Virus record (IMG/VR): IMGVR_UViG_3300040801_001355
Location: 11,750-75,749 of that record
Strand: one strand, 5' to 3'
DNA: 64,000 nucleotides
DNA from: a virus
Taxonomy: Duplodnaviria > Caudoviricetes
A program made the position numbers and the translations under genes. Position 1 is the first letter of the stretch, and each line of letters starts with the position of its first letter. The notes beneath the pieces were generated by a model, which did not search any database, was not told the DNA's origin, and saw only the letters and a program-made list of their open reading frames with translations. Shown piece after piece: positions 29,697 through 39,100 of this stretch.

Positions 29697-30069
29697 GACA
29701 GGGACCAAAACAGTTGAGGTTATCGACTACATTAACAAGCCAGACGTCGAGTTTCAAGCTCGGCCTATTACCTATTATAGTGCAGACACATTGCACACTT
29801 TAGGCCTTATGAGATTTACTCTTGATACAGTAGTCAAAGTATTCCGCTCTAATAAGTGGGTGCATGACACCGTGTCGTTAGAGTATAATGCGGACAGTAA
29901 TATATTGGACTTCAATATATCAGCAGAAGTTGATACAACTTTTTACAAAGAAACTACTATTACAAACACAGTCGTTGAACCTACGTCACTTGAAGATAAA
30001 GCGTTCTATATTGCCATAGGATTATTTGGCGGCATACTTATAGCAATATTATTAAGGAGGGTGGTATGA
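29617..30069 (+). CDS. Lipoprotein with C-terminal TM (unimolecular spanin candidate)
   Basis: Lipobox LIMLG-C, beta-rich middle, C-terminal AFYIAIGLFGGILIAILLRR. Confidence 0.6.
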   Translation: MKRWLKTIIALIAISLIMLGCCPKITETGTKTVEVIDYINKPDVEFQARPITYYSADTLHTLGLMRFTLDTVVKVFRSNKWVHDTVSLEYNADSNILDFNISAEVDTTFYKETTITNTVVEPTSLEDKAFYIAIGLFGGILIAILLRRVV

Positions 30070-31040
30070 GTTTATTTGGTCAACTCTTAGGTGCTGGAGG
30101 TATGGCATTAGGAGGAGGAGCTGTCGGCACGGCAGGGAATCTTCTTGGCAAAATAGTACAGAACACAGGTGTAGGACAGTCCTTATCAGAATCTTTTGGC
30201 GACAGTCAAGGGTACGAAGGGATGGACGAGGCATTAGGCTTAGCGGCTAAACACGCCAACTCACTTCTTATCAATACTAACTCAGCAGGACAACGTGGAG
30301 ATGCAGCTCGTACGGGGTTCAATATAGCCCAACAAGGCTTTACCCCCGAAGCAGCAACAACTTCTGCGTACAATAGGGCTTTGTCGCAAGGCGACCAACT
30401 TGGTCAAGCAGGAAGACAACAAGCTATGGCGATGGCAAGAGCTGGACAAATGGGGGCTGGTCAAGCTGTCGACTCGGCACAAGAAACTGTCAGAGCAATG
30501 GGCGGCCCAATGTCCGCGGTGACGGCGGCAGCTCGTGCAGCAGGACAAGGCGCGTCACAAGCTAACCTTCAAGCACTTGGTCAAGGAAGCCAAGCAATAC
30601 AACAAGGCTTACAAGGCGCAGCTCAGTTAGGACAAACTGCATCACAAAATAGAAACGCAGCGTTAGCTCAGCAATACGAAAGAGACGTCAAGCCGTACTG
30701 GAATAGAGAAACATCTATGCAAGGTTTAGGTTCATCGTTAGGTAGCACTGGAGCAAATATAGGCGGGGGCATAGATAGCCGCAACGAAACGATATTTAAT
30801 TCACCACTTGACACATTAAGTCGTGGCATGAATTACATGGGCGGTGGAATGTTTGGCAATGCACTTAACAATATGATGAGCGAAGGCAAGACTCCAGAGC
30901 AACAAGCCCAAGAACACCCAGTCGGTCAATACGATTTAACAGCAGGTGGCAATACACCACCATCATCATTTGGCTGGAATGGCGCTGGGTTATTCCCACC
31001 ACCACGACGTGGCAATTGGTTAACAAACTTGTTTAATTGA
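30066..31040 (+). CDS. Gly/Ala/Gln-rich ejection (DNA pilot-like) protein
   Basis: MSLFGQLLGAGGMALGGG amphipathic start and A/Q/G-rich helices; first gene of the ejection cluster. Confidence 0.6.
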   Translation: MSLFGQLLGAGGMALGGGAVGTAGNLLGKIVQNTGVGQSLSESFGDSQGYEGMDEALGLAAKHANSLLINTNSAGQRGDAARTGFNIAQQGFTPEAATTSAYNRALSQGDQLGQAGRQQAMAMARAGQMGAGQAVDSAQETVRAMGGPMSAVTAAARAAGQGASQANLQALGQGSQAIQQGLQGAAQLGQTASQNRNAALAQQYERDVKPYWNRETSMQGLGSSLGSTGANIGGGIDSRNETIFNSPLDTLSRGMNYMGGGMFGNALNNMMSEGKTPEQQAQEHPVGQYDLTAGGNTPPSSFGWNGAGLFPPPRRGNWLTNLFN

Positions 31041-31050
31041 GGAAAATATT

Positions 31051-31593
31051 ATGGCAACAAAATTAGATAATAGCAGAGGATTTGGTGAAGGCGTCAGTGC
31101 TTGGGACAAAATCGCAGATAGACGACATCAGCGCGGGGTAGAATATAACAGACAGTTGAATACTGCGATGACGAATCAAGCCCAAGCTTACGAGAAAGCA
31201 GAGTCTGATGCAGCTAAGATGGTGGCGACTGGCCACTTAGATGCAAGTCAAATTGACAGTTATATGAATCGACGCAACAAAGTTATTCGTCAGCAGTACG
31301 ACCCAATAGTGCAACAGTACCAAGTACAAGGTATAACCACGAATCCAATGGGTGATATAGGGGCGCAATTTAACACCACAAGAAGAGGTGTCGAATTTAT
31401 AAAGCCGTGGCAACTTGGCCAATGGAGACGTAAGCAAGCTATACGCAAAGCGCTGCACCAAGAGTACGGTAAAGACTATATGATAAATCGTGCGTATGGC
31501 GATAATTATTATACAGGTCTAACAGGCAATAAGGTGTCCGCACAATTAGATTTAAACAAAATTTTAGGACTACCTACGGCTGAGCCGTGGTAA
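31051..31593 (+). CDS. Putative internal virion protein
   Basis: 180 aa helical ORF within the ejection cluster. Confidence 0.5.
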   Translation: MATKLDNSRGFGEGVSAWDKIADRRHQRGVEYNRQLNTAMTNQAQAYEKAESDAAKMVATGHLDASQIDSYMNRRNKVIRQQYDPIVQQYQVQGITTNPMGDIGAQFNTTRRGVEFIKPWQLGQWRRKQAIRKALHQEYGKDYMINRAYGDNYYTGLTGNKVSAQLDLNKILGLPTAEPW

Positions 31594-31605
31594 TAAGGAG
31601 GAGCT

Positions 31606-33186
31606 ATGCCGCAAAACAATAACACATGGATTACAGACCGCGTATTAAGACAAGCGGCCGCAGCGATACAAGACCCGCTGGAGTACGGCGACGTTCAGAA
31701 CCCCGATGGCATTAGTTCGCCTATGGATTTACAGCCTCACCTACCCAAGGACGGGGGGTCACTTGGCACGAGCGTGTATACGCCAGAGTCTATTGAAATG
31801 TGGAACATCTTGAACAAAGGCCGCACAAACGAAATTCTTCAATTGATGAATGATTATAAAACCTCCGTAACGGAACAAAGCCAGAAAATGCAGGACGAAA
31901 AATTTCGTATTGCGAATGACCTTGTGCCCCCAAAAGACCAATCAGCTTTTGCTAAGAGACAACGTCAGAACATAGGTGAGTATGGTGGCGGCGCTTACAG
32001 AGAAAGTGTCGATGCGATGCACACCTCATTTGCTCCTCCGTCTTTCGTGGCTCCCGTTAGAAAGCCTGAGTTGCCAAAGAAAATTGACCCACCAAAACCA
32101 ACGAGGATGAATGCAAGCCAAAGCGCACCAAGTGGGGCGTCAATTTCAGCGCGAATGACACAACTTAGATTGCCACGTATATCTACAAACCCACAAGACC
32201 AAAGCGTCTTGCACGAAAGAATCGAAGCTAATAAGCATGACCCGATTATCGACGGTACGACTGCATTTGAATTTGCGGCTAATGTCGACCAAATAGATGT
32301 AGCTGAAACCTATCTGGTAAACTCAGATAACCTTGCCTTAGCGAGTAATCCATGGTATCAAAATGGTGCGCTTGTATTTGCAAAAGATGAAGGCGGCAAT
32401 GCAATCGCTAATGTTGATGAGGCTTTATTACAACAAGCTATCATTGATACAAAAGCCGACAAGTTTTTTAATGCCAACACGCAGCGCACAGCACTACAAA
32501 CTATGCACGCTATGTTAGCGACGGAGCTGCGATATGCTGAGTTACAGCAAGAGAAATATCTGCAAACAGGCTTGGAAAAGGATAGGCCGAGAATTGACGC
32601 AGACACTTTGAGTATGTTTAATATCCAAGTCCCACAAAACGATGGCGCGCCAAGCTTTATATCGTCTATTAATGGTGAGAAGATTATCGAAAAAACAAGT
32701 GGCGGCGAGTTGCTTCTTAGCGTAAAAGTTGGGTATGATACTGGTGGGGTTTTAGGCTCAACCACGCGCAAAGAAAGAGTTATAACAATCCCCGTCGCAG
32801 ATATTCGAGAAGTTAATAGGTATATCACCGAGCCAGAACTTTTATCAAATCATCCGTCAGTTACCAAACTTGCTAACTCGTCTGTTGAAAGCGTTCAGCC
32901 TAAACTCGATAAAAAAACCACCACTAAGTTAGCTAATGTATTTAGAAAAGTCTTGAGAAAATCATATAACTCTGGTAACAATAAAAGTATTATTGCAAAG
33001 GACAACGTACAAAGACCTGGACAAAATGGGACGTGGCGTAATGATGCCGACGATGTAAAAAACTATACATACGAAAAGCTAATGCAAGATACATTCGGTT
33101 CTTACGCAATTGAAATACTACTACAATCAATCACAACAGACCGTAACGCCATCCACTCTGGAGGCTTAGGGGTATCTTCTCCATAA
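31606..33186 (+). CDS. Putative internal virion protein
   Basis: 526 aa, AAGGAGGAG RBS, Pro-rich linker. Confidence 0.5.
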   Translation: MPQNNNTWITDRVLRQAAAAIQDPLEYGDVQNPDGISSPMDLQPHLPKDGGSLGTSVYTPESIEMWNILNKGRTNEILQLMNDYKTSVTEQSQKMQDEKFRIANDLVPPKDQSAFAKRQRQNIGEYGGGAYRESVDAMHTSFAPPSFVAPVRKPELPKKIDPPKPTRMNASQSAPSGASISARMTQLRLPRISTNPQDQSVLHERIEANKHDPIIDGTTAFEFAANVDQIDVAETYLVNSDNLALASNPWYQNGALVFAKDEGGNAIANVDEALLQQAIIDTKADKFFNANTQRTALQTMHAMLATELRYAELQQEKYLQTGLEKDRPRIDADTLSMFNIQVPQNDGAPSFISSINGEKIIEKTSGGELLLSVKVGYDTGGVLGSTTRKERVITIPVADIREVNRYITEPELLSNHPSVTKLANSSVESVQPKLDKKTTTKLANVFRKVLRKSYNSGNNKSIIAKDNVQRPGQNGTWRNDADDVKNYTYEKLMQDTFGSYAIEILLQSITTDRNAIHSGGLGVSSP

Positions 33187-33198
33187 TACGAGGCAATA

Positions 33199-36100
33199 AT
33201 GAGTATCAATAGCAACTATCAAGCTTTACAGCCAACATCTTGGTTAGAGGAAGAGCGCGAAAAAGAAAAGAAACGTCGCGACTCAATACGTCAAACAGAA
33301 GAATATCGATCAATATATGGTGGCGACTCGCTTGCCGCGCCGCCTACCCCGTCTATGGATTTAACAGGAGGGGCGGACGAAGGCCCATCGTGGCTAAACC
33401 CTCGTCCTCAAGACCAAGTCAGACAACGCAGGGCTTCTGTTTTTGACATCATTAAAAACACTCAATCCGTATTTAACCCTGACGCCAAGCCATTAGGCTA
33501 TGGTACGGAGTCTGTTGAGATGAATAATATCAGAAGGTTAGCTGCCGATGGACAGATAACCATAACAGATAACGGTGATATATTTAGAAATTATTTAGAT
33601 GACGACGGCAATGTTCAACGCGAAACAATACCAACTCATTATGTGGATACTAACGAGGGCAAGGTTAAACCTTACTCTTATACTGATGAAGATAAGAAAG
33701 AGTGGTGGGAACTTGCACCTAAATTGATTACTCATACCAACCCATTGACTGCGCCAATTGCGATGGGGTTAGACGCTATTACTAAAAGTACGACAGGACA
33801 AATTGATGCAGAGCAATTTGAAACCAAAGCTCGTCAAGAAACTCCTAAGCAATTAGACGATGAAGCTTCTCTCAACACAGCGGTCGAACACTTTATGGTG
33901 AATCCCGTTGAGAAAGTAGCTGACGCCTTTATGAGTATCGGTACAACTGGGCGACAACAGGGGGACGTAGATTTATTTAAGAGTGGAGAAGGCAGTAAAT
34001 ATAATACGTACCAAGCAGTAGGGGCTATAGCTAATGATGTGACAACCGCGTTGACGGCAGGGGTAGTCGCGACAGTTGCGACAGGCGGCGTAGCAACAAC
34101 TGCGTTAGCTTCTGCTATACCGTCAATACGCGCAACATGGCATGATGTAGCAAGCGGCAAGATGACTACAACAGGTGGGGTTGAGCAAACCCTTATAGAT
34201 GTAACAACGTCATGGGGTGGCTTGAAAGTAGCAAAAGCTCTTGGTCCAGCGTCACGAGCAGGACGACAAGCTATTACTAAAGCAGCAGAAGCAGGATACA
34301 ACCCGTTTTTAACAGCGTATAAAAATGGAATGCGATATGTTATAGCGCCTAACGCTATCAACTTTGGGGTTGATGCAGCGGGGGGTGCAGCTACTGCGGC
34401 TATAAATATATCCCAAACACAAGACGTAAACCTACAAGATGCTGAGCAACAAAAAGCCATAGCTTTACAAGCACTATTGGAAGGTGGGCTGGGGTTATCT
34501 CTTGGCATTATTATGGACGCGGTTGATGTTGGCAAGATAAGTAGAAGTATTAAAAATAATAAAGCCAACACACCTCCCGTTCCAGAAGACCGCAGTGTTA
34601 AAGAGAAGTTAGACGATTTAAGACGACAGCAAAATGCAGATAAAGATGATGGTAATTTAGACGCCAATATAAGAGACGCTGTTGCCCAGCGTTTAATATG
34701 GGAGCCTAATTTAACATACGACCCAGATGCTATAGCTACCTCTCTTATTAACGACTTTAATATACAACCATCAAAGCACGGGTTATTAGTCGAGCACGTA
34801 ACTCATGCGATGGAAGCACAGAAATTACTTGCAAATATTAAAAGTTCAGCAGACGCTAAGTTAGGCTTAGCTGACGAACCTATCGCACAATATGTAACCG
34901 ATGAAGTGGTCGCGACTGCTTCGGCTATTAAACCAAATAGCAAGGTGTTAAAAAATTCTGACTTTGTGGCAACGGAGCAGTTGTTAAGCGGCAAAGAGCC
35001 AACGGAGGAGTTGCAACGACAATCATTCCGTGAGCTAAATAACATGAGTAACCTCATGTATGGGCGAGGTATCGCGGCAGACAATGCAGGTGATTTGCTG
35101 TCTGATATGGATAGCTTTAGTAAAGGTGCCGTGCCTTCTAATTATATCCCGCCGTCTAACTCTTACTATGGCCAAGCATTCGACCAATTAAATACGGTTG
35201 AAGGACTGGACGAAACAGTCAGCCAAGGAGCGTTAGAACTTATGGCTCGTGGCGAAGTATCACAATTACTTAATCAACAATTTGATGTGCTGCAAGAAAT
35301 AGGTTTATCAGCAGAAGACGCAGGCGATATATTAAAGCATGCGTATCTTGGGTTAGATAAAGACATGCCTAACTCAGCAGACTTCTTTGACACAATAAAT
35401 AAGGCAATACAAAAAGACGGTGAGCTTCGTACGCTTGTTGATATAGACAATAAACTATCAGACCACATTGACGATAACCATGAGCTGTATGATATATACG
35501 GCGATAATTTATTAAGAATTGTGCAGAGGGAACCAGGGTTAAGTTTCGTACAGACTCCTGACCCAGCAACGGAAGCAGCTATACAAGTCGAGCCGACTCC
35601 CGCAGAAAGCCAGGTACTTGACGAGGCCACCACTAAAATTGTTAACGATAATGTTGACGCCATGTCACCCGAAGCTAAAGAAGATGTCGCAACTAATCTA
35701 AAGAACTTAGAGAGCGACAAAGTGGGCGGGGAAGATGCGGCAAAAGAAACAACTGACTTCCTTAGTGGTAGCCCAAAGCGTGAAGAAAACGTAGCTAAAT
35801 ATGAAGCAGCTCAAAATGACGCATCTAATCAAGCGGAGGAAACTACTAATCGTCACAATTTAACTCAGAACCGCGATAATAAAATGATGCAGCTGTGGAA
35901 TGATTGGGTTAATAAACGTCGGACAAAGAAGTTTTGGGGTGCATTTGGCAAAGACTTAGAGATAGATGATGATTCAGAAGGCGCGTGGGATTATACGTTT
36001 GGGCGCGATATAACAGGAGTCTTCGAGCCAACGGCCAATTGGCCTTATGGGCTTGTGGCTATACGCACAAAAAACGCATCTAATATTAAGTTTCCAACGT

Positions 36101-39100
36101 TAACTGATGCGGGCATCAGCTCTCCTCCGTTAACTATAGGCAATGAAACCCGACAAGTTAGTTTACACGAGGGTATCCACGCAACCTTTCATCAACAGGT
36201 TATAGGAGACCCAAGGTTTTCGCTCGATATGGGTGAGGACGCGTTTCTAAAATTGCGCGCACAAAAACATAATGAGTGGAAAGATAGTTTTTTATATGAC
36301 ACTAAATACCCACAAATCTTAGACGACGCTCAACAACAACTCTCAATTGCGCAAAGCCAAAACGCCATGGGGCTTGAGAACCAGGCTGAAATTGATAGAC
36401 TTAAATATATTAATAAGTGGCTTAATTACTCCAAGTCGCAGGGCGGGGATATTGAGGAATTATTTACGGTATCTTTTAGTGACCCCGTTATAACGCAGTG
36501 GCTAAAAGGCAATGGGCATTACGCAGGAATAGAGGATTGGTGGCGTAATAATATTAACGAATTATTGCCACAAGAGATGGCCAACGAGGCTCTTGGCCGT
36601 CGTGTCTTTATGTCAGGCGATTATCTTATGGTAGCCGCAGCCTTAGGACTTGGCTTAGACCCAGAAGATGAGCATGGCAATGACGTTGGATGGTTGCAAG
36701 TTGCTTTATTAGGCGCCGCATTTGGTGGTCGTTTACCTAAAGTTTTAAAGCAAAGGTTTAAGAACGCGTTTAAAAATAACTATGTTCCCGTAGAGATGGA
36801 GTCTAATAATTCTGACGCGCTTAGACGCTTACGCTTAAAAGAAAATTATACTGAACTACCAACAGATGAACAGGCAAAATTAAACAACGAGTTACACAAG
36901 TCAGTTCAAAAAGATATTCAGACCGTCAATTCGTGGATGGATGCGGATAGCTGGAATCCATTGGCTCGTTTATACTCATCAAAGATGGAGAGCGTCCTGA
37001 CAAAATCAGGCGTGCAAGATGGGCGGCACACACTGACGGGACAAGAAAAGCCAATTGGCCCCACGGAATTAGCTATGCGTCGAGAAGAAGGTAGGCAAGC
37101 AGCGTATCAAATGCAAGGCAAAGTTACTGAGGCAGATTTGGAGTGGCGTAATTTTACCACTGATAAAAAGATGCGTGGCGCTGTAATAGATGCCTCGTAT
37201 AATATACATGGTCGCTTAGTTGAAAAAGAGTTACAAGGAGACTGGGACTTTAATGATTTAACTGCCGACCAACAAATGCAAGTTGACTTAATAATTGCCG
37301 ACGAACTTAATAAAGCAGCGAACAAGCACGGCGTTAATAATATAGCTGAACTACAAACCTCTTATGATTTATATCGTAAGTATCAAGATGTGTTGACTGA
37401 GTTTGAAGCTAATGCTGCGACGATGAAAAATTACGGTCAAAGCTACGAAGACTTTAAGACGGAGACTATCGGTGAAACCGCGCCGAATAATATACTTATT
37501 GAACAGCAGCAAACAGCAATTAAGTTGAAGCGCGATGAATTACGTGCTAAAGAAAAAGATTTAGCTAACGTAAAAACTCAAAAAAAGGCGGCTGATAAAT
37601 TAGTTGAAGAGCACGCTAAAAACCCTGCTGACTACACGCCTCAACAAAAGTTACAGGCAAAGCGTATACAATTGGCCGCTGATAAATGGCTTGAAGAAGT
37701 GAAAGAAGAAGTTAAGATTGCACGCGCCCAATTAAATGCGTTGCGCCGAGACCCTGTATATGGTATCGCAAAAGAAAAAAGAAAGTTTGCTAAGATTTTA
37801 TTTAATACGGTAGAAAAACGTTCGCCTAATACACAGTATATTGATAGGCATACAGCGTCACGCCGTAAGAAGCCATACACAATAGTAATATCTGAGATAG
37901 ACCCTGAAACAGGTAAGCTTGTTAAGCCAAGTGAGTCTCGTATCAAATTGATTGAAACATTTGGCACACAAAATCAACAGACAAATTACGAAACTGACGC
38001 AATTGTAGATGGCAAACTACGCTACATTACGCTACCTGATGGGACAAGAGGTCGCGAATACAATGTTGATGGTGAATGGGTTCCAGTGAAGTGGGACCCA
38101 TTTAACGCAACTGAACGTAGGCGCTCAACCCAACAAGCTATCAACGTATCTATCCAACAAGTGTTACGCAACTTAGGGATGGTAGATGGTTCGTTAACTT
38201 CAAAAGATATGGCGGCGCTACATAAGAGCTTATCGACGCTTAGTAATAATATACAAAAGTCCTATGCTCATGGTCTTGATGTTGAGGAATCTGACATAGC
38301 CGCACAAGCAGCTGCGTTAGAAGAGTTACTTGGCCCAGTGTTAGAAACTGGCGTGTTAAATAACTCTGAGTCTATCAACAATATCTTTTATATATTAAAC
38401 CATATTCAAAAATCTACGTTAGGCCGCTCAGTTAAGAGTAAGAATTATCAAACCAAATCTATAGTAGATGGGTACACTGCGAACGATTGGTACAAGTGGC
38501 ATCAAGAGACTTCTGACATTAAGATGAATGTATATGCTAACGACATGATAGATGGCGCTTATGAAGCTGAACTCATGCGACAAATGAATGCACTCGGTGA
38601 TAACGGGTTGACCCGCACGCCTTATTTTGATTGGTTGTTTAGAGAGTATAGTGATGCAAAGTACATAATGTCGCCAACAGCAAACGATAACGCATGGTAT
38701 AAAAATGCCCTGCACAACGGCGTCTCTCTTTTAACAGGAGCAACGCTTGCTTTATCTCCTGGCTCTGCTATACGCAATACTTACCAAGGTATCGTCGGAG
38801 ATATTATGTCGCCTACAGCAGAGGCACGGTCGCGTTGGATAGATGGCTTAGTAAATGAAGCGTCTATGAGAGTGAAGTCAGCTAAGCATACCTTCGATAT
38901 TTATCGCAAGAAAGCAACGGGCAATGTTAGCCAAGCAGAATTAGACCAAGCCTATGAAGACGCAGTAAAAGCAGCGACTTCTACCGACGCTCTATTTACT
39001 GACCCACAATTCCATGACGCAGTTGATGAAGCAGTACTACGTAGAATTATGCAAGTAGGCATAGCGGACGACGACCCGTCGTCTCACTTGCTTGGTTCAA

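Noticed and set aside
33834-35720. Long antisense ORFs (277, 93 and 148 aa) inside the giant protein
   Set aside because: Typical antisense open frames of Ala/Thr-rich coding sequence; no RBS or domain motifs.
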